Shown here one piece after another: positions 11,208-23,248 of a DNA stretch of 64,000 nt. The notes under the pieces were generated by a model. The model saw nothing but the letters and a program-made list of their open reading frames with translations. It ran no database searches and was not told where the DNA came from. The DNA is from Diadema antillarum (Eukaryota): positions 310,001 through 374,000 of the forward strand of contig NW_027271076.1 of the NCBI RefSeq assembly GCF_040938485.1, written 5' to 3'. Both the position numbers and the translations under genes were made by a program. Numbering within the stretch: the stretch's first letter is position 1; every line of letters starts with the position of its first letter.

Positions 11208-11833
11208 ATATTGGAAAGAAAGCACGCACTTTGGAAACCGAGAAAAGAGGGTCTGAAGTATACGGTCTATCTGTCTATTCAAGCGCTTAATCTTTACCAA
11301 ACCGTGCTAGCTGTGCGATAAATGGGACAAAAACAGGATGTAAACCACTGTGGCAACAACAATGAAGAGATTATCAAATTAAGTTGAAATTAGGCATGCT
11401 CTATTAACACATTCTGACCATGATTAATGCCAACTTTCAAAGCAGTAGCACTATCCCTTCCAAAGTTATCAGACTTGAAATTGAAGAGTGTGCAAAGGGT
11501 TATCAAGAAATGAAAGGGGCCTCTAAGACATACCTGATCTCACTACTCTACAAAAAAAAAAAGAGTTGTAAAAAAACTGTTGTAAAAGCACTTCCATCCA
11601 TTTTACGATCCCAAACTTAACCCGTTCCATACTAAATTCTGAAATCCCCATAGACTTAATACACAAACCACCAGGTTCCCGAAGTGAATGGGTTAAGAAT
11701 AATGGAGAAGAAGATAGTTTTTTTCAGAAAAAAAAATCAGTTTTGACTTAGTTGACCAGTTTTACCTTTTTTTGAGTCCTCACGTAAAATCAAGGGGTGC
11801 GACTTTTTGTTCGTTTTGTGATGCACGGTCACA
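11208..11833 (+). mobile_element. MITE family 1, left-truncated, carrying a nested 72-bp insertion
   Basis: Internal homology to the family and right TIR GCACGGTCACA. Confidence 0.82.
11621..11692. mobile_element. 72-bp piggyBac-like mini-element
   Basis: TTAA|CCCGTTC...GAATGGG|TTAA. It is absent from the other family 1 copies at this position. Confidence 0.75.
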
Positions 11834-12689
11834 TGTGGACGTGGGGTTCAAGAGAGCGCTGTTGTGTCTTAATATGGATCCGTATTAGTAGACGGAAACA
11901 TTAGTGGACAACGTTCGAATCAAGAGATGAACTGAAATTGACGCTATTTTGACCCCTGACATAATTAAACAGGTTTCGTTCGGATATGTAAAAAAAAAAA
12001 AAAATCGCAGATGCATGAAACGGAATCAATGCAACATCGCCCTTTTCAATCCCTGGACCGTGTACCTTTAAATGTCGAAAGGGTCGTGTTCATTCAGATG
12101 ACATGCACATTTTTGATTACATTTTTCCCGCGGTCCTTTGCAGGCTTTGACTATAGCCTTCTCAATCATGTTGCCCTTTTGTTATGTTGTTATAGTAATA
12201 AATTGGTGTGATTTTGTCATAATGCAAAACGTGTATTTCTGACCCATTTATCAGTCCATGAGATTAGTCCCACGTTCACCCCTATTCATTATAAAGCCAC
12301 ATGATATTGTCCATCTACAACAGATTTGCTTCTGCTCCACTGTGCACACACACACACACACACACAAAATGATGCCGATGGCACAAATGAATACATCATT
12401 TTGATCATTGATTATTGAATGTAATGCAGTATCCAAATTCATGTAATGTATTATCCATTTTTTTTTAATCTGTTTAATCCAACTTTGCAAGTGGCGTTCA
12501 TTTCCAAGGGATCGATCTGCCTGGAAAAGTGGAAATTTACATAGACAGAATAATTCAGCATTTAAAATTCCCATTATCTACCAATGTATTACCTTGTGGT
12601 AGAAACATTTATGTGGCTCCGGGGAATTTAATAATATTCCCCTTATTAAACCCCTTCCAAACCCTCTTTTAACAATTAAAAGCATTATA

Positions 12690-12830
12690 AATTACTGCCA
12701 ACTGAATGTTGCATTCAGCCCTCTTTCTAAGATTATTGTTTCTATCTCCTTCTTTTTTTCACTCCAAACTCCGCAATTCAGCCATTCCCAACGTGTCAGT
12801 AGTCCGGTTACATTCTTGAAACCCCAGAAC
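12690..12830 (-). mobile_element. Possible relic of a LINE ORF2 AP-endonuclease N-terminus
   Basis: Minus-strand reading WEWLNCGVWSEKKKEIETIILERGL resembles the APE N-terminal WN..G..K..E pattern. It is short and degenerate. Confidence 0.3.
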
Positions 12831-13127
12831 ACTCTAGCCCCCAAGTCATTTAAACATAATTGGCCGGATGTGTGGAATTTTTCGCTTCTAAAGGTGCGAA
12901 AGTGTATCTCGTTGAATTTGTTAAAAAGAGACCTAAAAAACCCACATACCTATTATAAACTCGTACCATATTTGTATTCCAATTTACTGTAAACAATAGG
13001 TTATTACGGCCACGATACGATGTGTTTCCGACATCACACTGACATAGTACCGATCAATGTTATCACTCAGCGCATATCTCACCTCACCGCAAGCCCATAC
13101 TGCACTGCTTTGCTGTTCACCCGGTTG

Positions 13128-13340
13128 CAGTTCGTTATTCCAAAGGCTGATTGAAGGCTGGTTGATGTTATTCCCTATAGGTTTGTTAATCCCAAAACTA
13201 AACAACATTTGTTATTGCGAAGGTTCGTTGGTACGTACAATCCGTTCATTAACGAACATCTGATTAATACGGATCCTGTGTGTTTTGGCATAAGAAACCT
13301 TCGAAAGGGGGAAATTGTTTCATTTTTGGATTAACGAATT
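13128..13340. mobile_element. Degenerate copy of the foldback element at 21450-21747
   Basis: Decayed TTCGTTATTCC.AAGG and GAACCTTCG motifs in both orientations. Confidence 0.45.
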
Positions 13341-14049
13341 AGAATAACAAACATCACCCGTTCACTCATTGAAATGGAAGATTTAATTTGTACTTGAAGA
13401 TAGTTTATTTCATGTTTACAATATTTCACCTAGTTTAATCTTCCTGGTCGAGCTCGACATGGTTCCCTACATTTGTAATTAATATCCAAACATCTATTCT
13501 GAAGTGGCTCCACATGAAATGCAATTCCTTTACATGTATATATATTTTTTTTTATTTTGTTCCTGCGATTTTATGACATAAAATTCGTCTACATATTGAT
13601 TCAGATGGTTCAGTTTTGTTATGTTTTGTTTGTTATCCAAAGCTTTCTTCAATTTTATAATTCTGTATTGAGGAATGACAAAGTAAGGAATACCAAGGGA
13701 AAGTTGAACTTGTTATGAATATGCGAAAAGCTCGTCACGTGAGTTGAAGAAGGGAACGAACAATGTTTAGGTACACGAGATGAGGTTCAATTTGGTCAAC
13801 TTTACAAATATGCGCCATTCGCAGTGGTCATGGATGGATGGTAAGATAATGATTTGGTGATGGATGACAGCGCGTAACAGTTGGGGGCTTGTCCGGGGAA
13901 AGAACGCGGGGACCCTCGCAGGAAGAATTGAAAGTATATTCATTTGTTTGTTTAAAAGTATTGACAATCTCAGATAAGCAAAACTTCTTTCTGTGGGGCA
14001 GATGTTATGAACATGTTAAATGGATTGATTGTCACTTGGGTTGGGGAAG

Positions 14050-15080
14050 ATTACGAATACCGGCAAAGTACATGACCTGGCATGAAATGCACTCTACTTT
14101 ATAGTTCCCTTAAATCTTCATCGATGGGTTGGATAGTAACCGTCACTACCTTATTGCTCAAAGGTAGTCAAAATATGTTATGGCATGACTGAGCAAGACA
14201 ATTTATCATACCAAAAGCAACTCGTAATAAAGTCTATTTAATTGATGAACTTACTTTGGAAATTCATGGCAAGGACAGTTTCTGTCTCGTCCGAGTCACT
14301 CCGTTAGCTTTGACTGCCTGGCAAACATTCATCCGTAAAGGTTGAGCGGGTGATATCACTGTCTTTACTGTCCCGGATCACCGATATGTATCTTTATAGA
14401 GAACGGTAGTGCCGAATTCCCCCTCCTCTGATTAGGGAAAGACTTTAAGCGTTCGCATAATTCTCTTCATGGACTCCTTTTTCGAACCATTTGACTTTCG
14501 TATTAATGATAGCAACTTTTTTGTCCTTAAAATGATGCCCAGCGCAGTGTTGTTCACATGAACAAAAACGTAATTATGATTTCTTTCACGTTGACCCAGA
14601 TTGCAAACGCGACATGAAAGACCGAGCATCCATAGTCATAATTCAGTCAGAGGTGTTTCTGGTCCAACGGATCCTCAGTGCATATCGGATTCCTGTCTTT
14701 TTCGAACCTTCCAACACTCTTCGACAGAATCTGATACACTCGAAAAACAAAGTTTTCAAACATAAATGGAACAGTGCAGTACATTAGGTTCTACTACTTA
14801 ACTTCAAGTGGAGTGTTGTGAGGACAATTACACTGTAAAACGCTGTTAAATTACACTGTCCTTAAAATGTCGTTATTCATTGTCAAAATCGAATTAGTGA
14901 TTTCAATGCACCTCGATTATTAAAATTGGGCACCGTTTTGAGCTGAGGAAGTAACTAGAAAGAATCTTGAAACTTTACTTACCGTGAATTTTACAAGTAA
15001 GTCCAGACTATTGGATGTAATTACCATGGTGGTGTTCTACTACCTGGATGAATCAAACTCTATAATGACATTCTTGTGAC
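14050..15080 (-). other. Unidentified decayed sequence co-duplicated downstream of GPCR copies 1, 2 and 4
   Basis: Homologous blocks at 1-70, 4100-4540 and 33000-33520 (for example CCCGGATCACCGAT in three places). Confidence 0.6.
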
Positions 15081-15315
15081 TAAATAAATACCGTCGTCAT
15101 GAATATTATTAATTCAGTGTTAACTATGTTAATTGTTATCACCACCACTGTTATTTGTAGCTTTCCAGTATAAAGCAGGAGGATTACGCTTGAGAAGAGA
15201 AACCATGTATTTTCCTAAACTGCGAATTTTCATTATCATTGAGTGTGTACCTCGTTCATGATGTACGTTGTTATTAAAACAAACTATGGAAAGGGAGCAA
15301 ATGCAAATATATTAA

Positions 15316-15692
15316 AGAGATTATTGGAGGAGATGAGGTTTGGGCTTTGAAATTATAGCGATATTTCAAGAAACCACTGATGAAATAATACCACGCATAC
15401 CATTCTAAGAGGAATTCAAAGTTTGTTTGATGAAAATCGGATTAGAATGGCTGAAACATCCTAAAATCAAAGTAAAATAAGGCAATCGTAATAAGAGGTA
15501 GATCCTTACCTTTTACTACAATCTCTCTAGTTTGAATATCTCAGCCATTTCTAAACCAATTTTCATCAAATAAACATGGAATTCATTTCGGAATTACATC
15601 CTCTGTCACATTTCATAAGAGGTTTCTCATTATCTCACCAAAAAAATGTTAGAAACCTAATGTTAGGTCTCAACCAAAACTATACAATCCCT
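15316..15692. mobile_element. Kolobok-like MITE (TTAA|AG...CT|TTAA), ~350-380 bp
   Basis: TTAA flanks at 15312-15315 and 15693-15696. Homologs at 34699-35057 and 53633-53980. Confidence 0.65.
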
Positions 15693-16313
15693 TTAAGCAG
15701 ACAGAAAAGATGACACTGCATATCGATATGTCAAGAAACTTGTTGTATGCCACTTTGAAAGAGAAACACAGGCATTTCGATCTTCTAGAAAATGTTATCA
15801 TTTCAAGAATCTCCTTTTAATCAAAGTTTAGAGGTTTTGATCATTCTGATGCCGAAACAAAGAAGAAAGCATACACAAACAAGAAGGGGAAAATAAAGCC
15901 TTTTTATACCATAACTCCTTTGAAATGCTCTCAGTGTACTAATGAAGAAAATTTGAACACGTCACAGCATCAAAACCAAGAAATCCGGTTTCAAAAACAT
16001 ATTGGGTTACAGTTCTAGTCATGATATGGATTCTGTGTATTAAACGTTTGACCCATTTAGTGCTATGATGGTAACCCGCTTCCTCCATCGCGGTATCAGA
16101 CTTTAATCCAGGAATGAGACAATTTTTCAACTGCCCTCAGAGCAGTCACTGTTTAACCACTACATGTACCTGCGTCCTCAAAGAGATAAAAAGTGCGTTA
16201 TGTGAAATACTTGTGCTCTATCGACTTGCATCTCGTTCGTGCCCCTGAAATTTAAGTGCACATGATATGCTGATGAATTAACCACGCGCGATTGTATGGA
16301 AAATATAGAAGGG

Positions 16314-17429
16314 TTAGGGTTTGTCGATCCAAGTTTGACATTTGTCCGATCGAAATTGTGATTCGAGATCCTCAAATATCGGTGCATTTCCTTTGCCTGT
16401 TTTTCTAAAAAAGTCTTTTACGGCTTCGCGGAATTTAGGGTGACGAAGGGTGTACACTATCGGGTTGACGCAGGAGTTACAAATGGCGAGTGCGGTAGTT
16501 ATACGTGAGAGGGGACTGCGAACATAGGACGGAGTGATGAGTCCTAGGTTAAACGAGAGGAACGCTATCTGGTCTGGGGCCCAGCAGATGACGTAGATGA
16601 GGACAACTGTCAATGTTAGGGTGAGGACTCGAGATCGGGCGGTCAGGTGGAACGATGCCGAGGACTCGTTCGACACGAAGCGGGCGGCTTCTCGCCGGAG
16701 TGAGCGCGCAATGGCTGCCTGGGTCAAGAGCATAAAAACGGTCGGGAGAGCTAACTGGACGACGAAGATATAAATCCCGTAAAGTATTTCAAGATTTTTC
16801 TGCTCTCGCTGATACACGCACTTCCCCAGTATCACACCCGTTGTATTAGTCAAAAAATTTCGAACCATAAAGACAAACGATCCTGCCCAAATGAGACAAA
16901 CGATGAGATTGACGATTTGGCGATTGGCGAAGCGTCTGAAATGAATTGGATAAACGACAGCGAAGAAGCGATCGAGGGATACTGCCAAGAGGCTGTAGAT
17001 CGATGCGGTAACCGTGGTCCACATCAAATAATCTCCTTCCAATATTTTACAAAATAATGCGCCCGTCCATGAATTGGGGATAGAGTTGACTGTCGGGTAC
17101 GGAATCAGAAGAACAGAAGTGATAAAATCAGCTATCGCCAGATTTCCCACAAGGATATCTGTCGAGCGACTCTTCGAACGACGGCCGAACACGACAGCGA
17201 TGACGAGAGCGTTGCCGGTGATGCCGATAATTGCGATGACGAGCTCGCAGATCACATACCAAGACCACGTCATACCTTTCCAAGACCATGTAATCAGATT
17301 TTTCCCAGCCACAGACGAAAAAGTGTTATATTCCTCATCGCCAGATGATTCGGGGGAGGCTGTTAGCATTTCGGTCACCATCACATCCAAATGTCCTTTT
17401 TCAGACATTCCAATAAGCGTTGCAGTCAT
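16314..17429 (-). CDS. Class A GPCR copy 2, 371 aa, intact
   Basis: Full set of class A motifs. Acceptor TAGCAG| ends at 17457, and the ATG is 27 nt into the exon. Confidence 0.93.
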   Translation of the reverse strand: MTATLIGMSEKGHLDVMVTEMLTASPESSGDEEYNTFSSVAGKNLITWSWKGMTWSWYVICELVIAIIGITGNALVIAVVFGRRSKSRSTDILVGNLAIADFITSVLLIPYPTVNSIPNSWTGALFCKILEGDYLMWTTVTASIYSLLAVSLDRFFAVVYPIHFRRFANRQIVNLIVCLIWAGSFVFMVRNFLTNTTGVILGKCVYQREQKNLEILYGIYIFVVQLALPTVFMLLTQAAIARSLRREAARFVSNESSASFHLTARSRVLTLTLTVVLIYVICWAPDQIAFLSFNLGLITPSYVRSPLSRITTALAICNSCVNPIVYTLRHPKFREAVKDFFRKTGKGNAPIFEDLESQFRSDKCQTWIDKP

Positions 17430-18587
17430 CGTTTTGAAAAATCAGTTCCTTGTACTCTGCTAATATAAGCAAAAATAGAAGTTAAATCAGTATTATGTCT
17501 ATTACTTTATTTCGATGGACTCCAAATAACATGATGGAAGTCACAGAAATATGTTAAATCTAATGAATACAAAGATTTCTTATCCTAAGACACATGCTGC
17601 CTTGGCTACGGTCAGATAATCAGTAGGTCTCTCATTAGCATAGATAGCATAGATCTGCATTTTTGAAATTGTGTATTTACCACCAATGACAAGAAGAACA
17701 TTCGGATGAATTTTCACTTTCCAGTACGGATATCCGTTAAATACTATGATGTTCTCTCATTTGAACATTTTTAAACATTATCGCATTGTGTATCAGAGGC
17801 AAAGTCTACTACAAAATTATGAATTGTTGATGAAAACAATGGTAACTGGTACATATAAAATGAACGAATTTTTTTATAACCTTTTTGTTCAACAAAAAAG
17901 GGACAATAATTTCATGAAATCTTATAGAACTGTCTTTATCCATTCATTAAAACTAATTGTCTAAAAGACAAAAAATAAACACGAAACTGTCCTTTTGTTC
18001 TTGTCATGTTCACGTGCACAATTGTTAATGCATATGATTATATATACATATATAAGTATATATAGTTTCCGTGGTTTTGAAAAGGGTGTCACACCTAAAA
18101 AAAAAGCTTATAAAATCATGTCACATTAAATTTCACTCCTGGCTCAAAACTTTGAAATTAATATATTAATTGAAAATCAACTTTGGTATACATTTCTGTA
18201 TCATTTTTTTTTATTTGTTTTGCGGAAACCATTTTTTTGTACTTTTATGTAGAAATGTTAGGATTGGAGATCATTTCTGTGAAAACAAAAACTGTCCGTT
18301 TCGTATAATGATTAAGATTTAGGTTAATTATCTGGTTTTCCATTTTCTGTACTTTATCTAGGAAGCACTAGCGGAACATAATGTAAGATAGTCAAACATG
18401 AGGGCATCTAGAACCAATGGAAAGAAAATAAGAGTGATCCTGCCTTTGCACTTCGGCAGAAATATTAATATTGACGACTTTTGCCTGTTTTGTCTACTGT
18501 TAATGATAGTAGAAAACTATTTGTATGATTGTTTAATTCATCACAACACACACACGCACACACACACACACAGACCCACAGACTTAC

Positions 18588-18672
18588 CTCTCTCGAAGAT
18601 CAGGTTGGTCTCGCAGTGATCATCCAAAAAGACGAAGTGGAACTTCAAAAAACTTCGACACTATTTTTATAT
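18588..18672 (-). promoter_or_regulatory. TATA box plus exon 1 of copy 2 (terminal ATG absent)
   Basis: TATAAAAA on the minus strand. The exon ends GAGAGAG|GTAAGT. Confidence 0.75.
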
Positions 18673-19137
18673 GAAAGCACATCACTAGACTGATGGCGAG
18701 TGCACTTTGAAAGTAATTAAATGCCAGAAGTCCGAAAGAATTGAATGGAATCTATGATTTAGCCTTCAAGCCACTTTGGATTTCCTGCAAAGTCAGCTTT
18801 GCCTCATATCTGTCTTATTATTTGTCATATTTCAAAAATTTCACTAAGGCAATAGAAAACAAACAGACCTCATATGAAGATTAAAAAGAAGCGCATCAAC
18901 ATCGCATTTTTTTTTTCGCTACTACAAGTCAATATTACATCTATCGTTATAACGATCAAGAAGTCCATGCATGAATTACAATCCCAACGCTAATGGTTGG
19001 GCAACATTTTTCTTTTTTTCGAGGAAAACGGAAATCAATCTTCTTCTTTTTTCTTAATTCGTGCTCTTTTTCAGGAACAGATGAATGGTGTAACAGAGTT
19101 CCCGGGTGCATTAACTCATGAAAAGATTTTATGTCTG

Positions 19138-19179
<42 letters not shown>

Positions 19180-19698
19180 CCTCGAACATAGTCGTAGAAA
19201 TAAAGATATCTCTATCTCAACTGTACTCTATGCTGTTTATCCGTTTTTCCCTCAGTTCATAGATCGTCAGTCCTTTTATACTTCTGCGCTTTTTTTTTCA
19301 TTAAGATTTTGATAGTAGAGAGTAGTAATCTTGTTTGCTTTTTGATATGTTTTTTCTCCCTCGGCTGGTATGGATTTGCAGTGATTTTTTTTAAGGAAAA
19401 ATAAAAATGATAATGATAATAATGATAATAATAATGCTCATAATAACATTTATTATATACAACGCTATTTTGGGACATATGAAGAATTCCATAATTTGTT
19501 AAGATTTTTTTAGATAATTTGGAAATAAGGGAGAATCTTATAAAAAAAGACAAAAACAAACATTTTAATGAAACAACTAATCCCATAATTGATCAATGAA
19601 AACTAGTAGCCTATCTAAACTTTGCTGTATAACCAAAGGATATGATTTCACTTGCTGTATGTGTATGATTAATATTGCATCATAGATTTTTTGTATTA

Positions 19699-20378
19699 TG
19701 TGACCGTGCACCACAAAACGAACAAAAAGTCGCACACACTGATTTTGTATGAGGACTGAAAATAGGTGAAATTGGTCAGCTGAACCGATTTTGACTTTTT
19801 CATATTTTCTGAAAGAGCAAGTCTTCTTTTACATTATGCGAAAATTTGGGATCATAAAACGGGCAGGAAATTGTGTTTTTTAGCAGTTTATCTCGAACAT
19901 TTTTGGCAGAATAGTGTGACTAATTGTGTCTTTGGAGGCTGCTTTACATTTCTTAAAAACTTTGTGCACACTCTTCACGTTCACCTCCTATAACTTTTGA
20001 AAGGATAATGCTACTTCTTTGAAAGTTTGCATTAACTAAGGACAGATTGTGTTAATAACGCATATTTAATTTCAATTTAATCTGATAATCCCTTCATTGT
20101 TGTTGCTCCGGTGGTTTACATCCTGTTTTTGTCCCATTCATCGCACAACCAGCACGGCTTAGTAAAGATTATTTCTTGAATGGACACTGTACTTCAGAGC
20201 CCCTTTTTTTCAGTTTACACTTTTCCTGAGTGTGTGCCTTCTTTCTAGTATCTAGATGGGTTAGGAGAGTCCATTTGACTTGAGTTATACATCATGTTAA
20301 AGCTTAAAGTCTGCTCTTTTAGAATATGATCTTAACTAGAATCATGTCTGGCGACTTTTTTTGTGGTGCACGGTCACA
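19699..20378 (-). mobile_element. MITE family 1
   Basis: TA|TGTGACC...GGTCACA|TA. Confidence 0.88.
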
Positions 20379-20679
20379 TATTAACAATTTCCCTTAGTGC
20401 ATTAAAATGCGCTAAGGTGAATTATATATAACAAATCCATGTGGCAAAATATATGGTGCATTAGGAGAACTCTCCTATTGTGCAATATTCTCTGCTGCCC
20501 TCTACATTTCATTTTGCGCAGTTTCAAGAGTGTAGGGGTACAGGAAAACTCGTAAACAAGCATTGAACACGCTAAGGGGAATCTAATATTTCGCCCAAAG
20601 GACGGATTCCCCTTAGGATACCTGGTTTTCACATGGAAATTCACCCTATGCCCCAAATTGTAAATATAAAGATACTGAT

Positions 20680-20723
<44 letters not shown>
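20680..20723. repeat. (AAT)n microsatellite
   Basis: Direct reading of the sequence. Confidence 0.95.
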
Positions 20724-20727
<4 letters not shown>

Positions 20728-20992
20728 AATTGTTTTGTATATACCAGTAGCACATTTCATGATTGTTTTGTTCATTATTTCAATGGAACATTTTGTTTCT
20801 TGTCCATAGGCCTATTATAATCAACAATATTATGTTTAGAAGAATTAAAAAAAAAATGAAGAGGAAGGAGAACAAAAAGAAGTCAAAATGGCTTGCAGTA
20901 AATCAAGATAAAGGCTATTATGTATAATTTACAGTTAACCTTGTTTTGTAGGCATTTTACAATTCTGGAGATTATTAACTTTTGCGTTTTAA

Positions 20993-21788
20993 CTCTTTAT
21001 GTGCCATGATGGAAACCACCCGTATGCCACATTATGCTGAGACACCAACGTAGTCATGCGTTGAGAAAACATTCTGTTTTTCGAATCTGTATAACTTAGA
21101 AAGATTTATGTTTAATAGTAGAGGAAATGAGCAAATTTGAAGAAAAAAAAGGCCAAGATTTGCATCGATGTAAATTCTATGAAAAATCTATAACTGTTTT
21201 TATTTGAAATGCCCAGCATTTACATTACCGTAATAACATTTGCACACAAAGCAGTGACAGAAACTTATAATTTGCACGCAGAACCAGTGTGAAACACTGC
21301 TTGTTAGTAAATCACAACATGAAATGCAAGCTATAGACGAGAGGAACGGAAAAACGCTTTCATTGTACTGTGGCATTTGGCGATTTATTGATCGGTTTTG
21401 GCGGGTTTGTGCGTTTGAGCGGAATATGCGAAGTTGGTACGCCGTCAACGGTTATAGCTCGTTATTCTGAAGGTTCGTTACTCCGAATGTTCGTTATTCC
21501 GAAGGCTCTTCAGTCCGAAGATTCGTTATTCCGAAGGTTCGTTAATCCGAATTTCATTTTCGGAGTAACAAATCATCGGAATAACGAACCTTCGGAATAA
21601 CTCCACAAATGTCCGGATTAACGAACCCTTTTTTATTTTCGGATTAAAGAACCTCTAGGTATAAGGAATTTGTGTGTTTCGGATTAACGAACCTTCGGAA
21701 TAACGAACCTTCGGAATAGCGAACCTTCGGAATAACGAATAACACCCCCTTCAACTGAGTCGGAGGTGCGAACGTGGCATATTAAGAG
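20993..21788 (+). mobile_element. piggyBac-like MITE hosting a foldback insertion
   Basis: TTAA|CTCTTTATGTGCC...GGCATATTAAGAG; homologous to 4567-5091. Confidence 0.68.
21450..21747. mobile_element. 298-bp foldback element built from 16-bp tandem units in inverted arms
   Basis: The unit GAACCTTCGGAATAAC recurs at 21689, 21705 and 21721, with inverse units in the left arm. Flanks CCGTCAAC/CCTTCAAC form an 8-bp TSD with one mismatch. Confidence 0.8.
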
Positions 21789-22593
21789 TTAGAGAGATAA
21801 CTGTAGTGGAGGAAGGAAAATAAAACAAAAATAAGATTTAACAAAAAATGTATTATTATCGCATGCAACAAAACTTGCCTCTTTATCATTCGCGCAATCA
21901 CGTGATTAAGCACAGACACAGACCGAATTGAGCAGTTTACCGTACTATTGTTATTTTTTTAAGGTGGAAAACAATAACGATTTATGTATACTAAGCATAA
22001 TCTATCCCTCTGGAGAGAATGAGAGAAAAAAAAATCAAAAGATAAAACTTGCTCGGTACACACTCAAACACACACACATGCTCTATTGTATAAGCCTATG
22101 CAAAATACGTGTCTGTGTATCAGTGTCTGTGCCTGTGTGTGTGTGTGCTTATGTATAGATGTGGAAATGTTATTCTATAATTTCTCAATTCAACACAAAG
22201 TGTCCTTAGTAACGCACGAGGATAGCAAGATATCAATTTATGCTCACAACGACAATCAACGTGATTACTCTATATACGAAATTCGAAGGGGAATGTATCT
22301 CATATATATAGATATATGAATATATCATACATATATATTTCGTGGATTCAGTAAATTCGCTAACATTCATTTTCATAGTGAAGTTTGAGAAAAATCAAAT
22401 AATCGAATAATCGGCAATGCTGGCCGTGAAACAAGAAATAAACTTGAAACTACATGAAGCTTATGACTCCAATCCCCGCATACACATTTTACATTCGTAG
22501 TTTCAATTTCTATTTTCATTTCTTTTCATTGAAAAATACATCAAATAATTAAAACAAAAAAGATGATACATGATATCCAGCTAGGATGCACAA

Positions 22594-23248
22594 TAGACTA
22601 TTACATCACAAAGCCAACAAGACGTCGCACACACTGATTTTGTGTCAGGTGTCAAAATTTGTGAGATGGGTCAATCTAGTCAATCTTTTTTTTTTTTCAT
22701 TATCATTTTCTGAAAGAGCAAAACTTCATCCACATTATTGTATGGTTTCGGATCAAGAAACAAATGGGAAATTGTGTTTTTTTGCAGATTTTCTAGGACG
22801 CTTTTCTCTATAATAGTGTGATTAGATGTGTCATAGATTTCCTTTTCATAAAAAAAGAACTTTTGGAAAGATGATGCTGTTGCTTTGAAAGCTGGTATTT
22901 ATCATGGATGGAATGTGCGATTAAAGCAAAATCAATTTCAGTTTAATTTGATAATTCCATCATTGTTTATACTGCAGCGTTTCATGTCCTGTTTTTGTCC
23001 CATTCATTGCACAGCTAGCTTAGCAAAGGTTAAGCCCTTGATTAGACTTATACTTAATATGAACCTCTTTTCTCAGTAAACACTTTTCCAGATATGGATT
23101 TTCTTATCAATATTTGGATAGGTTAGAAAGGCTATTTGAATTTAGTTAAACATCATTTCAAAGCTTAAAGTCTGCTCTTCCTGAATTTGGCCTTAACTAG
23201 AAATCCATGTCAGGAAATTCTTAGTTGGTTTTGTAGTGCAGGGTCACA
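22594..23248 (-). mobile_element. MITE family 1 (diverged)
   Basis: Family interior and right TIR GCAGGGTCACA|TA. Confidence 0.8.
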
